A stretch of DNA of 64,000 nt from Chthonomonadales bacterium (GCA_037443035.1 JBBIPC010000008.1:73426-137425); one strand, 5' to 3'; numbered from the stretch's first letter, positions 10,110-20,583 are shown. Numbers and translations are program-made. The notes: generated from the sequence alone by a model not told the origin.

Positions 10110-11363
10110 GTGCTGGACGGCTCTCTCATAGGCGGACTCGACGTCGGCAACACGAAGGTGTGTTGCGTGTTGGCCAAGTACGAGGGAACAGGTTCACCTG
10201 CGATCATCGGTGTCGGAACGAGCCGCTCCGACGGCATTCGTCGCGGAGTTGTGACCGATATCTCCAGTGCAGCGCAGGCGATCCGAACGGCCGTGGACGC
10301 CGCCTCTCGGCAGGCAGGTGAACCCATCAGCTCCGTGTACATTAGCCTGTCCGGAGATCACGTCCAGAGTGCCATTACGCGAGGGGTTGCGGCGGTCCTC
10401 CACCCCAACCAGGAGATCACTCCCGAAGACCGCGACCGCGCCATCGAGCAGTCCCGGGGCATCATCGTCCCGCCAGAGAGGATGATCATCCATTCCATCC
10501 CGCGCATGTACTCCATCGATGGCCAAGATGGCATCCGTCAACCGGTCGGGATGTGCGGCTCGAGGCTGGAGGTCGAGACGTTCATCGCCATGGTGACTCG
10601 CTCGTCACTGCTGAACATGGAGCGCTGTATCACGCAGGCTGGGCTGGACCTCGACGGCAAGACTCTGGCATCCCTCGCGTCCGGGGCAGCGGTCCTGACC
10701 CCTGACGAGCGGCAGCAAGGAGTGGTGGTCATTGACATCGGCAGCGGTACGACCGATGTGGCGGTCTTCACTGAGGGGGAGATATGCCACGCCTACGTCA
10801 AAGCCGTCGGCAGTGAGCATGTAACCAATGATATCGCCCAGGTGCTGCGGGTAACCGTTGACGAGGCCGAACGGCTCAAGATCGAGCACGGACATGCAGT
10901 GGCTTCGGAGATAGGCGACACGGAGGCTGTGGACGTGCTCCAGATCGGACGGACCGTACCGCGACCGCTCCGCCGCCGGGCGCTCTGCGAGATTATCGAA
11001 GCCCGAATACAGGAGCTTTTCATGTTCGTGGCGAACGAACTGCAGAGGGCGAATCTTCTGGCGCGGTGTACCGCAGGGGTCGTACTGACGGGCGGTGGAT
11101 CTCAGCTCTCCGGGATCGATCATTGCGCGTGTCGCGTTCTGGGTTTGCCTGCAAGGATCGCTGGCCCCGTGGGGATTGGAAGGCTGGCACCAACGGGCTT
11201 ACAGACAACTGCACTGGCGGATCGCGATAGCCCCGAGTACGCCACGGCAGTCGGTATCGTCCGATGGGCAGCAGCGAGCCTCTTGCAGGACGATGATCAG
11301 GATGCGACGGACCCGTGGTCGCGCATCGTAAGCTGGGTTCAACGGTTAGTGGGACGGCGATAG
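10110..11363 (+). CDS. ftsA: Cell division protein FtsA
   Basis: GLDVGNTK, P.GM.G.RLE, IDIGSGTTD, VTNDIA, AERLKI, IIEARIQE, VLTGGGS, YATAVG. Confidence 0.97.
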   Translation: MLDGSLIGGLDVGNTKVCCVLAKYEGTGSPAIIGVGTSRSDGIRRGVVTDISSAAQAIRTAVDAASRQAGEPISSVYISLSGDHVQSAITRGVAAVLHPNQEITPEDRDRAIEQSRGIIVPPERMIIHSIPRMYSIDGQDGIRQPVGMCGSRLEVETFIAMVTRSSLLNMERCITQAGLDLDGKTLASLASGAAVLTPDERQQGVVVIDIGSGTTDVAVFTEGEICHAYVKAVGSEHVTNDIAQVLRVTVDEAERLKIEHGHAVASEIGDTEAVDVLQIGRTVPRPLRRRALCEIIEARIQELFMFVANELQRANLLARCTAGVVLTGGGSQLSGIDHCACRVLGLPARIAGPVGIGRLAPTGLQTTALADRDSPEYATAVGIVRWAAASLLQDDDQDATDPWSRIVSWVQRLVGRR

Positions 11364-11418
11364 TTCGAAGGTCCAGTGGGCATGGCCGCTGGCAGCGCTC
11401 ACGACTGGAGAAGCGTAC

Positions 11419-12678
11419 ATGGCAACAAGCGAACACATGGACATCAGGGATGCACACGATCGTAAGCAATGCGTCCGGCTAGTTGTCGTCGGCATTGGCG
11501 GCGCAGGAGTCAACGCCGTGAATCGCATGAGTCAGGCCGGCTTGAGTGGTGTGACGCTGGTTGCCATGAACACGGATACTGGTTCGCTGCAGCAGTCGGC
11601 TGCGCATCACCGCCTTGTCCTGGGGACTGATATGACCCGGGGACGGGGTACAGGCGGCAATGCCCAACTGGGGGAAGACGCAACGCAGGCGTCGAGGACG
11701 GAGATCCGGCAGCTTCTCAAAGGTGCGGACATGGTCTTCATAGCCGCAGGCATGGGTGGGGGCACGGGTACCGGAGGCGCGCCCGTTGTGGCCGAGATTG
11801 CTGTGGAGCTCGGGATTCTGACAGTGGCTGTTGTCAGCCGGCCATTCAGCTTCGAGGGGCCGCGAAGGGCACACGTCGCCAGCAAAGGCATCGAGGCCCT
11901 CAAGAGCCAGGCGGACACTGTCATCGTGGTTCCTAACGACCGGCTGTTCGAGCTAGACGCGACGAAGCTCACGCTGGCGCATGCGTTCGAGAAAGCCGAC
12001 GATGTTCTCCGCCACGGCGTCCAGGGCATTGCAGACATCATCACGCTGCCCGGTCAGATCAATGTAGACTTCGCGGACGTGCGCGCCACCCTGAAAAGCG
12101 CGGGTACCGCCATGATGGGTATCGGCGAAGCTGAGGGCGATGGCCGGGGTATCCATGCCGCGGAACAGGCCGTCTCGAGCCCGCTGCTGGAGACCTCGAT
12201 TTCCGGTGCGATGCGGGCGCTCATTAACGTCACTTCTGGGCCTGATCTCACCCTGGTGGAGCTGAATGAGTCGGTGAGTCTTGTAACAGGCAAGTGCGAT
12301 CCAAGAGAAGCGAAGATCACTTTCGGATGGGTGCTCGACCCAAGCATGGAGGGCAAGGTTCGCGTCACAGTGCTGGCTACTGGCTTCGATGATGCCGCAT
12401 CTTCGCGGCCGCGTCTGCTACAGTTCGAAGCACAACGGTCCACGCCGAGGGGCGCCGCGCAGCAGCCGACACAGCTAGGCGGCCAACCGAGGATGCCTGC
12501 GCCGAGTCTCGGAGAACTGCCCATCCCCGAGGTGCAGCGAGAACCGGAGGCCGACTCTCGCCCGATCCCAGTAAGCGTGCAGACGTTGCTGGCAAGCCAG
12601 ACAGAAGGACCGCTGGACGCCACCGACGAATCGGAAGATGAGGACCTGGATCGCCCAGCGTTCTGGCGTCGTAGGTAG
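11419..12678 (+). CDS. ftsZ: FtsZ paralogue 1 (the more divergent copy)
   Basis: [24 protein letters not shown] tubulin signature, [15 protein letters not shown]7 loop, C-terminal peptide DLDRPAFWRRR. Confidence 0.95.
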   Translation: MATSEHMDIRDAHDRKQCVRLVVVGIGGAGVNAVNRMSQAGLSGVTLVAMNTDTGSLQQSAAHHRLVLGTDMTRGRGTGGNAQLGEDATQASRTEIRQLLKGADMVFIAAGMGGGTGTGGAPVVAEIAVELGILTVAVVSRPFSFEGPRRAHVASKGIEALKSQADTVIVVPNDRLFELDATKLTLAHAFEKADDVLRHGVQGIADIITLPGQINVDFADVRATLKSAGTAMMGIGEAEGDGRGIHAAEQAVSSPLLETSISGAMRALINVTSGPDLTLVELNESVSLVTGKCDPREAKITFGWVLDPSMEGKVRVTVLATGFDDAASSRPRLLQFEAQRSTPRGAAQQPTQLGGQPRMPAPSLGELPIPEVQREPEADSRPIPVSVQTLLASQTEGPLDATDESEDEDLDRPAFWRRR

Positions 12679-12718
12679 AAACCACAGACAGCAACTCAGA
12701 TAGGAGTCGACGATAATC

Positions 12719-13882
12719 ATGACCATGTCTCCGCAATGGAGTCCGGAGCTTCGTAGCATTGGCGCGGACATTCGGGTGATAGGCGTCGGGGGCGGTGGCA
12801 CGAACGCCGTCAACCGCATGATCGAGGCTGGGCTGGGCGGCGTTACGTTCATCGCGATGAACACAGATGTCCAGGTCCTGGACATATCGCTTGCTCCGAA
12901 GAAACTCCAGCTCGGCGGCGGTCTGACGCGCGGCCTGGGAGCAGGGGGAAGCCCTGAGATCGGCCGCAGCGCTGCGGAGGAGAGCAAGAGCGAGATCAAG
13001 GCTGCGCTCGAGAACGCGGACATGGTCTTCATCACAGCCGGCATGGGAGGTGGAACGGGTACCGGCGCTGCGCCCGTCATTGCCGAGATCGCGCAGATGC
13101 TGGGCGCCCTGACGGTCGCCGTGGTTACGAAGCCGTTCACGTTCGAGGGGCCGCGCCGCATGCGGACGGCGGAAGAAGGGATCGAGACTCTCAAAGGTAA
13201 GGTGGATACGGTCATCGTCGTGCCGAATGATAGGCTGCTGAGTGTCGGGCAGAGGGAGATAACGCTAGTAGATGCTTTCCGCCTCGCGGACGATGTTCTG
13301 CGCCAGGGAGTCCAGGGCATCAGCGACATCGTGACCATTCCTGGTCTCATCAACGTTGACTTTGCAGACGTCCGTGCCACGATGAGCGATGCCGGTCCTG
13401 CACTGATGGGTATCGGCGTTGGGTCGGGCGACAACCGCGCCCAGGCTGCAGCCAGCGAGGCGATCGCTAGCCCACTCCTGGAGACGTCCATAGACGGTGC
13501 TACCCGGGTCCTGATCAACCTTACTTCTGGACCGGATCTCACGCTCGCCGAGGCTAACGAAGCCGCTCAACTCATTACCAGCATGTGCGACCTGCGCGAT
13601 GCGAACATCATCGTTGGCTGGGTGCTGGATGAGAACATGACAGGAAAGCTGCGTGTGACGGTGCTCGCTGCCGGCTTCACCGGCGCGCCGGTCCACCGAA
13701 CAGATCGGGTGCAGCAGCCTCCGGCAATAGGGTTCGCGCGACCGACGGAGACACCGGCGATTCTCCGTGCTAGCGGAACCGAGCATCCTCGGCACGAACC
13801 TCAGCAGCGACCGGCGCAACCATCCCTGCCTGAGAGCGATGAGGATACCGATACGCCACCGTTCCTTCGCCCTCGTCGCTGA
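12719..13882 (+). CDS. ftsZ: FtsZ paralogue 2 (the more canonical copy)
   Basis: [47 protein letters not shown]-terminal [18 protein letters not shown] upstream. Confidence 0.97.
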   Translation: MTMSPQWSPELRSIGADIRVIGVGGGGTNAVNRMIEAGLGGVTFIAMNTDVQVLDISLAPKKLQLGGGLTRGLGAGGSPEIGRSAAEESKSEIKAALENADMVFITAGMGGGTGTGAAPVIAEIAQMLGALTVAVVTKPFTFEGPRRMRTAEEGIETLKGKVDTVIVVPNDRLLSVGQREITLVDAFRLADDVLRQGVQGISDIVTIPGLINVDFADVRATMSDAGPALMGIGVGSGDNRAQAAASEAIASPLLETSIDGATRVLINLTSGPDLTLAEANEAAQLITSMCDLRDANIIVGWVLDENMTGKLRVTVLAAGFTGAPVHRTDRVQQPPAIGFARPTETPAILRASGTEHPRHEPQQRPAQPSLPESDEDTDTPPFLRPRR

Positions 13883-13918
13883 GCAGAAGTTTGGGGTACC
13901 GAAGCGATAGACTAGGGG

Positions 13919-15058
13919 CTACGACGACCGCGACATGACCTGACGCGCCGCCACCTCACGGTACACCCGGCGGGTCTGCTGCCCGGTTGTAGCCCACGAG
14001 AAACCACGGGCCCGCTGGAGACCAGCCTCGGAAAGCGCTGCGCGCTTCTCCGGTGATCTGCCAACCTCCGTCATCGCCTCGGCCCACGCGACAGCGTCCA
14101 TGACTGGCAGCACCATAGCGCCATCACCTGCCACCTCGGGCATGGCCGGCGCATCGCTGACGAGGGTCGGCGCTCCGCAAGCCATGGCTTCGAGTGGCGG
14201 CAGGCCGAAGCCTTCGTAGAGCGAAGGAAAGGCCATCATGTCCGCAGCTGAGTAGAGCGGCGGCAGGTCCTCGTCGTCTACGTAGTCGGTGATGAGGATG
14301 CGGTCTGCCAGTCGGAGCCGCGCGATCTGGACGGCAATGTCATCGTAGCCCCAACCGCGCTTGCCGACCAATACCAGACGGTGGGGTATGCGAGCGGAAT
14401 ACACCGCTCGGGCGAATGCCTCGATGAGCATGGGCAGGTTCTTCCTGGGTTGCAGCACGCCTACGGACAGAATGAACTGCGTATTCACACCGAAACGGCT
14501 GGCCACGTGTCGCCGTGCGATGTCAGGCTCGATTGGCTCGAACTCCTCCGAAACTGCCTGCGGAATCGCCTCCACATGGCTCGGATCGAGACGGTAGACG
14601 CGCAGGATGTCCCGCCGAGACGACATGCTCACCGTAATGACCCTGGCGGCGCGGCGCATCGCCACCGGCACGGTGAGATTCAGCAATAGCCGATGCCGGC
14701 GTGGGAACCACTCCGGATACAGGCGGAAGGAGATGTCGTGGACCGTCGTGACGACCGGGCAGGGTGCTCGAAGTGGAATGGTGTACTGGGTGTGGGCTAC
14801 ATCTACGCCGTCCTGACGCAGTACCTGGGGAAACGTGAGCAGCGTCCAGACACGGTCGTTACTCGCCGGGACGGCCCGCAACCTCAGCCGTTTCGATTGG
14901 CCGAACACGTTGTCCGGTAAAGGCAGGCGGGTATAGACAATGTACTCATCGTCGTATTCGGAGGCGCTGCGTACGTGATCCCGAAGCAGGTTCAGCCAGT
15001 ACGTACGGTCGCCTGTGTACCTGCCCGTCAGTGCCCGGCCGTCTATACCAATCCTCAT
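13919..15058 (-). CDS. GT4 family glycosyltransferase (mannosyltransferase-like)
   Basis: MRIGIDGR, VTTVHD, ITVS, VG...PRKN, FPSLYEGFGLPPLEAMACG (EX7E). Confidence 0.92.
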   Translation of the reverse strand: MRIGIDGRALTGRYTGDRTYWLNLLRDHVRSASEYDDEYIVYTRLPLPDNVFGQSKRLRLRAVPASNDRVWTLLTFPQVLRQDGVDVAHTQYTIPLRAPCPVVTTVHDISFRLYPEWFPRRHRLLLNLTVPVAMRRAARVITVSMSSRRDILRVYRLDPSHVEAIPQAVSEEFEPIEPDIARRHVASRFGVNTQFILSVGVLQPRKNLPMLIEAFARAVYSARIPHRLVLVGKRGWGYDDIAVQIARLRLADRILITDYVDDEDLPPLYSAADMMAFPSLYEGFGLPPLEAMACGAPTLVSDAPAMPEVAGDGAMVLPVMDAVAWAEAMTEVGRSPEKRAALSEAGLQRARGFSWATTGQQTRRVYREVAARQVMSRSS

Positions 15059-16197
15059 CGTGCGTCTCTTTCCGCGACGTGCTCGTAGATACGTAGGGTG
15101 TCTTCTGCCATCCGCGCGAAGGTGAACTGACCGGCGTAGCGGAGGGCGCCCTCGGTCAAACGTGTGAGTGCCCTGGCATCGCGCTGGAGTTGGCCAACTG
15201 CGGCCGCGAGATCGGTTGCATCACCGGGTGGGACCAGCGAAACAGAGCCTGGACAGCGCCGTTGGATTTCGATGTTGGACGCGATCGCTGAGGCGACCAC
15301 CGGCTTGCCGCAGGCGAATGCCATCGCCAGCGAGGCGGAGCCGCTCCCGCTTGTGAATGGCGCCAGTACCAGGTCTGTCGCTGCCATGACAGTTGCCACA
15401 TCCTCCGGCTCAAGATACCCTGTAATGCGAACGCGGTCCGTCAAGTGTGCTTCCGCGAGCTTTGATTGCAGTTCCTCGGCGTATCCGGTCCGATCGTCCG
15501 GATGCCGCCCACCAGCGAGAAAAAGCCGGACATTGGACGGCAGATGCTGCATAGCTTCGATGGCGAGGAGGTGACCCTTGCGTCGAGCGAGGAACCCAAA
15601 GATGGTGAGCACGAAGCAGTCCTCGACGCCGAGTCGCTTGCGGGCTTCCGAGCGACTGGGAAGCGGTGGACGCGGCGGTACCGGCATGGGCAGGATGTGG
15701 ATGCGGTCACGGTGGACGCCAGACGAGATCAGGTTCTCCCGGTCATTCTCTGTGTGCACAATGAATGCTCGTATCGCTGGGTGACCGAACTGCGCACGAT
15801 TCGTGGATGCAATGGCCATCCGGCGCGGCAATGGCCCTGCTGGAGGCACGAACTCGTGAACGGTCATGACTGCGGGCGCGGCTATCTGGTCGGCGAGACG
15901 GCTGAAATTGTTCTTCCATGGCGCCACGCCCCCGAACAGGAAGTATTGATGCTGTATGTGGATAACGTCGGCTTCGTTCATTATCGGAGCGAAGCCGTCC
16001 GGTGGGGCGACCCATGCCACCTCGACACGGTGTCTCAGGGCATCCACGAGAAGGCGGCTGTAGTCGGCCACGCCGCACTGAGGCCGCAAGGATGTGACCA
16101 TGGCCAGGCGCAGCCGACGTGCACGCCTGGGCTCTTCGCCTACCACGATCTCGCCCGTCACTTCCTCCACTCTAGACTCCCGCACGCTCTCTGTCAA
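15055..16197 (-). CDS. GT4-like glycosyltransferase
   Basis: CGVADY, IHIQH, MTVHE, FGFLARRKG, AFACGKPVVAS; start position uncertain. Confidence 0.85.
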   Translation of the reverse strand: MTESVRESRVEEVTGEIVVGEEPRRARRLRLAMVTSLRPQCGVADYSRLLVDALRHRVEVAWVAPPDGFAPIMNEADVIHIQHQYFLFGGVAPWKNNFSRLADQIAAPAVMTVHEFVPPAGPLPRRMAIASTNRAQFGHPAIRAFIVHTENDRENLISSGVHRDRIHILPMPVPPRPPLPSRSEARKRLGVEDCFVLTIFGFLARRKGHLLAIEAMQHLPSNVRLFLAGGRHPDDRTGYAEELQSKLAEAHLTDRVRITGYLEPEDVATVMAATDLVLAPFTSGSGSASLAMAFACGKPVVASAIASNIEIQRRCPGSVSLVPPGDATDLAAAVGQLQRDARALTRLTEGALRYAGQFTFARMAEDTLRIYEHVAERDAR

Positions 16198-16228
16198 AGT
16201 GCTCCTGGTGCTCGATTGCTGGCCATGT

Positions 16229-17206
16229 CTAAGCCGCCTGCTGCAGCGTTTCCCGGTAGAATCGGCACAACCGCCGACCGAAGGCTGAGAAGCTGTGTCT
16301 CTCAGCGTAGTTTCTTCCCCGCTCAGCCATCTCGGTCATTCCGAGCGAGTTACCCAGCACTGCTCTGATGCACGATGCGACGTGGCCCGGCGCCTGCGGC
16401 CGTACTAAGCGTATGCCAGCGCCGCGTAGCATGGCGTCGCGGTACAGCGGACGATCGAGGGCTAGAAGCGGTTTGCCGAAGGCCAAAGGGCGCAGGCCAT
16501 GAAATGCGCCGGCGTACCGCTCTGCGCAGCTTACGACGATCGTCGCTCGGCAGATGTGCTCATCGAGCACTGCAGAATCGTCCGCTATGCGAACAAGAAC
16601 GCGTTCGCCGGCACCAATGGCCTTAGCAGCCGAAGTGCACCAGGAAATTGCAGTTGCGCCGCTGGGCTCCACGAGTACGTCCATGCGAGTGTCCCAAGGG
16701 AGCTCGGGAAGAGCGTAGATCGCCTGCTCGGCGACTTTCTGGTCCGCGTCGGCTGTGAGTAGCAGAAGTATGCGCGGTGGTCCCGCCTCCGAGACAGAAC
16801 CGGTCATCACATGAGCGGGAACCATGCAGGGGATGATGCATATCGAGGCGGCGGGTACATCGCAACGTTGGAGGAGATCGCTTGCTGGCTCGGTGAGTAC
16901 CACGTACGCACGGACTGGGAGCTGTGCCACGGATGCGTCTTGCGCCGCGTCGTCGCAGTAGAGGAATGTTCCGACTGTGGGTACCGAAGGCTGACCGCCG
17001 CGCCACAAGTCGGCACGCTCAGTGAGACTGGTGAAGCGGTCGCCGACCAGGTGCACCATGGCGATGTCCGGGGGCACGGCAGCGGGGTGTTCGAGGAGTA
17101 CGGCGTGGCACTCCGTGCTGCTGGCGCGGAGTACTTCGACGATCGCCTGGGCAAACAGCATCGCTTGAGATCCCGCATCGCCGCATGCCACGACGCCGAT
17201 GATCAT
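16229..17206 (-). CDS. Degenerate GT-B fold / glycosyltransferase-like protein
   Basis: LAFGKPLLA segment and a C-terminal GRNYAERHSF...Y helix typical of GT4; head of the same antisense operon. Confidence 0.6.
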   Translation of the reverse strand: MIIGVVACGDAGSQAMLFAQAIVEVLRASSTECHAVLLEHPAAVPPDIAMVHLVGDRFTSLTERADLWRGGQPSVPTVGTFLYCDDAAQDASVAQLPVRAYVVLTEPASDLLQRCDVPAASICIIPCMVPAHVMTGSVSEAGPPRILLLLTADADQKVAEQAIYALPELPWDTRMDVLVEPSGATAISWCTSAAKAIGAGERVLVRIADDSAVLDEHICRATIVVSCAERYAGAFHGLRPLAFGKPLLALDRPLYRDAMLRGAGIRLVRPQAPGHVASCIRAVLGNSLGMTEMAERGRNYAERHSFSAFGRRLCRFYRETLQQAA

Positions 17207-17361
17207 GGCAGCATTATATCCGCTAGCATGGTGCGGGTGGCTGTGGCACGTTGTGAGATTCGTGGGCGCGGTGCCGTAATGGAAGGTGGGTGCTAAGGCG
17301 GGCTGAGTATCTGCGGTATACTAGTTCCCGCTGAATACACTGGGGAAGGGTTAAGTTCGAC

Positions 17362-17571
17362 ATGAAGGAAGGCATCCATCCGAACTACGGGCCAGCCGTG
17401 GTCACGTGTGCGTGTGGTAACACTTTCGAAACGCGTTCGACGAAGAGCACGATCCGAGTGGAGATCTGCTCGAATTGTCATCCATTCTTCACCGGCAAGC
17501 AAAAGATAGTGGACACGGAAGGACGCGTGGAGAAATTCGAGCAGAAGTACCGGAAGCACAGACGCTCCTGA
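17362..17571 (+). CDS. rpmE: 50S ribosomal protein L31, zinc-binding (C+) form
   Basis: [13 protein letters not shown]...[22 protein letters not shown]. Confidence 0.98.
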   Translation: MKEGIHPNYGPAVVTCACGNTFETRSTKSTIRVEICSNCHPFFTGKQKIVDTEGRVEKFEQKYRKHRRS

Positions 17572-17601
17572 GGCGTTGGCGTTCGCTAGTCGAGGCGTAG
17601 C

Positions 17602-18552
17602 ATGGCGGATCCGGTCGCCTACGGCGGTCAGGCTGTCATCGAAGGAGTGATGATGCGAAGCTCGCATCATTACGCCGTCGCGTGCCGGCGGCCAGATGGG
17701 AAACTCGTCATCCACGACGAACCTGTGGGCGTCACTCTACTCGGGCGCCTGGCGTGGCTGAACAAGCCGTTCCTCCGTGGCACGCTGGCCATCGTGGACG
17801 CGGTCACTCTAGGACTCAAGGCCCTCGCATTCGCCGCCAGCGTCCAGGCAACGGCTGAATCCGAGGCAGCCGCCGCAGCCGCGCGTGCAGCAGGAAAAGA
17901 ACCGCGTAAGAGCGACTTGGGGGACGCGGCCATTGGTGCCACGCTTGCGCTGTCACTGGCTGTGGGTATCGCCTTGTTCGTCGTTCTACCTACGGCGTTG
18001 ACGCAGGTCATGCAGCAGCGTATCGGGGTGGACTCATCCTTCGCTCGCAATGTGCTCGATGGGGTTCTGCGCATCGCGGTTTTCCTCGCCTATGTGGTCG
18101 GTATTTCTTTCATGCACCATGTCCGGCGCGTCTTCCAGTACCACGGTGCGGAGCACAAGGCCATCAACGCCCTGGAGAACGGTAGGGAGCTTACGCTGGA
18201 CAGTGCGTTGCAGGAGAGTAGAATCCATCCGCGTTGCGGCACGAGCTTCGTCGTAGTCGTCCTGCTAGCCACGATCATAGTGCATACTGTCTTCCCGCGG
18301 CCAGACAACACCCTCGTGCGGATCGGCCTTCACCTGGCCCTGCTTCCTCTGGTGGCAGGCAGTGCCTACGAGCTGATTCGTCTGGCCGGTCGGGCCCGGA
18401 ACCAGACGCTCTTGCGCCTACTGCTTGCGCCCGGACTCTGGAGCCAAAGGCTAACCACCCGGGAGCCGACTGCGGACCAGGTCGAAGTCGCCTTGGCAGC
18501 GCTGCAGAGCGTTGTGCACAGCGAGACTAGCGAGCACGCTGCTTCCTCTTGA
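17602..18552 (+). CDS. DUF1385 membrane protein (YqhQ-like)
   Basis: GGQAVIEGVMMR, FQYHGAEHK, HPRCGTSF, PGLW.QRLTTREP. Confidence 0.92.
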   Translation: MADPVAYGGQAVIEGVMMRSSHHYAVACRRPDGKLVIHDEPVGVTLLGRLAWLNKPFLRGTLAIVDAVTLGLKALAFAASVQATAESEAAAAAARAAGKEPRKSDLGDAAIGATLALSLAVGIALFVVLPTALTQVMQQRIGVDSSFARNVLDGVLRIAVFLAYVVGISFMHHVRRVFQYHGAEHKAINALENGRELTLDSALQESRIHPRCGTSFVVVVLLATIIVHTVFPRPDNTLVRIGLHLALLPLVAGSAYELIRLAGRARNQTLLRLLLAPGLWSQRLTTREPTADQVEVALAALQSVVHSETSEHAASS

Positions 18553-18623
18553 CATCTGCATCCCACGCCACATCTCGTCGAACGAGTGACATGGTGCTCG
18601 CAGGATGAGTAGGAGGTAACTCT

Positions 18624-19727
18624 GTGTCATTGGACTTAGCCCGCCCTCGTCTGGATGAGCTGGAGCGAGAATACGTCGAGCTGGAACGTCGTATGGCTGA
18701 TCCTACGGTCGTTACCGATCTGGACCAATACCGACAGGTCAGCAAAGCGTGGAGTGATCTCCAGGAACTAGTCGAGACCTACCGCAGGTACAAAGCCGTC
18801 GAGGAGGAGCTGAAGGGCGCTGAAGAGTTGTTGGCGGAGCCGGACATGCGCGAACTGGCTGAAGCCGAGCTCGACGCGCTGCAAGGAACACTGAACGATC
18901 TCGAGGGTAAGCTACGTCTCCTCTTACTGCCAAAGGATCCGAACGACGACAAGAGCGTGATCCTGGAGATTCGGCCTGCAGCGGGCGGCGAGGAGGCGGC
19001 TCTTTTCGCAGGCGATCTCTTCCGGATGTACTCCCGCTATGCCGAGCGACGCAACTGGAAGGTCGAGGTACTCAATGCCCAGGAGACAGGAATCGGCGGT
19101 TTCTCCGATGTCGTCATGGCCATCGAGGGGAAGGGAGCCTACAGCCAACTCAAATTCGAGAGTGGCGTGCACCGCGTCCAGCGCGTGCCAGCAACCGAAT
19201 CTGGCGGCCGGATCCACACTTCCACGGCGACGGTCGCGGTGCTACCGGAGATGGAGGAGGTCGAGGTGGAGATCAACCCAAGAGACCTCGAAGTAGATGT
19301 GTATCATTCCTCCAGTGCCGGCGGCCAGAACGTCCAGAAAGTTGCCACGGCCATCCGCATTCTGCACAAGCCAAGCGGGCTGGTGGTGACGTGTGAGGAC
19401 GAACGTAGCCAGTTGCAGAATCGCGAGAAGGCCATGCGCATGTTGCGAGCACGCCTCTACGAGCGCGAGATGGAAGCACAGCGCAACGCCCGCACGGAAG
19501 CGAGAAGGTCGCAAGTCGGCACCGGCGACCGAAGCGAGAAGATCCGTACGTACAACTTCCCTGATGGGCGAGTGACAGACCATCGCATAGGTCTGACGAT
19601 CCACAACGTTCAGTCCGTCCTCGAGGGCAACATACAGCCTTTCATTGACGCACTCATCACCGCAGATCAAGCCGAGCGACTGAGGAACACCGTCAGCAGT
19701 CAGAGTGGGGATGGCACAGGAAAGTGA
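18624..19727 (+). CDS. prfA: Peptide chain release factor 1
   Basis: GGEEAALFA, ESGVHRVQRVPATE (PxT anticodon motif), GGQ motif, IRTYNFP; RBS AGGAGG. Confidence 0.98.
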   Translation: MSLDLARPRLDELEREYVELERRMADPTVVTDLDQYRQVSKAWSDLQELVETYRRYKAVEEELKGAEELLAEPDMRELAEAELDALQGTLNDLEGKLRLLLLPKDPNDDKSVILEIRPAAGGEEAALFAGDLFRMYSRYAERRNWKVEVLNAQETGIGGFSDVVMAIEGKGAYSQLKFESGVHRVQRVPATESGGRIHTSTATVAVLPEMEEVEVEINPRDLEVDVYHSSSAGGQNVQKVATAIRILHKPSGLVVTCEDERSQLQNREKAMRMLRARLYEREMEAQRNARTEARRSQVGTGDRSEKIRTYNFPDGRVTDHRIGLTIHNVQSVLEGNIQPFIDALITADQAERLRNTVSSQSGDGTGK

Positions 19728-20583
19728 GCAGGCTGGTCCCACGGTGAATTCGCTTCTCGCCTGGGCAAGCAATGCTCTCCGTAGCGCTGGCATCGAGCGA
19801 CCTCTCTTCGAAGCACAAGTCCTCCTGGCCCACGTGCTGCAGACGGACCGCGGGAGGCTCCTGGCCGGGCTGCATCGGGAGCCTTCGCCCTTGGATGCGG
19901 AGCGCTTCAGGCTTCTGATCCAGCAGCGGCAGGCACGCATGCCGCTCGCCTACCTCAGGGGGTTCCAGGAGTTCTACGGACTGGAGATGCGCGTCACCCC
20001 TGCCACACTCATCCCCAGACCGGAAACCGAGCTGCTCGTGGAACGAGTGCTGAGCGTGCTTCAGCAGAGGCACAGTCCCGTGCTCGTGGACGTGTGCACG
20101 GGAAGCGGCTGCATAGCTGTCGCGTGTGCGGTACACGTGCCAGACCTGCGTGTGCTCGCGACGGACATCAGCGAGGATGCCCTTGCAGTTGCGGCAATGA
20201 ACTGCCGTTTGCACGGGGTTGCGGATCGGGTGGACCTAGCCGCAGGCGACACCCTCGATGCGGTGCGTTCGTCGGTGGCGGACGTAGTTACGGCCAACCC
20301 GGCATATATCCCCAGCGATCAAATCGGCTCTCTTCAAGCGGAGGTACGGGTATACGAACCTCGTGTGGCGCTAGACGGGGGGCATGACGGTCTGGTGCTC
20401 CATCGCCGTATCGTGGAAGATGCGCTTCGTGTGCTCCGCACGGGGGGTATGCTTGCGGTGGAAGTGGCGTATGGCCAGGCACGCCATGTGATGGAACTCA
20501 TGCAAGTGGCTGGCTTCACAGACATCGAAGCATGGAGCGATCTTGCAGGCATAGAGCGAGCCATCACGGCGCGTCGTCCCTGA
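19705..20583 (+). CDS. prmC: Release factor glutamine methyltransferase PrmC/HemK
   Basis: PLAYL.G..EFYG, LIPRPETE, DVCTGSGCIA, ANPAYI, EP..ALDGG.DGL. Confidence 0.95.
   Translation: MGMAQESEQAGPTVNSLLAWASNALRSAGIERPLFEAQVLLAHVLQTDRGRLLAGLHREPSPLDAERFRLLIQQRQARMPLAYLRGFQEFYGLEMRVTPATLIPRPETELLVERVLSVLQQRHSPVLVDVCTGSGCIAVACAVHVPDLRVLATDISEDALAVAAMNCRLHGVADRVDLAAGDTLDAVRSSVADVVTANPAYIPSDQIGSLQAEVRVYEPRVALDGGHDGLVLHRRIVEDALRVLRTGGMLAVEVAYGQARHVMELMQVAGFTDIEAWSDLAGIERAITARRP

Noticed and set aside
12054..13542. Long antisense ORFs (189 and 355 aa) opposite the ftsZ genes
   Set aside because: Shadow ORFs of conserved GC-rich genes, with Pro/Ser/Thr-rich mirror composition and no family motifs
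18549..18580. TTGACA upstream of prfA as an internal promoter
   Set aside because: No acceptable -10 hexamer at 16-18 bp spacing
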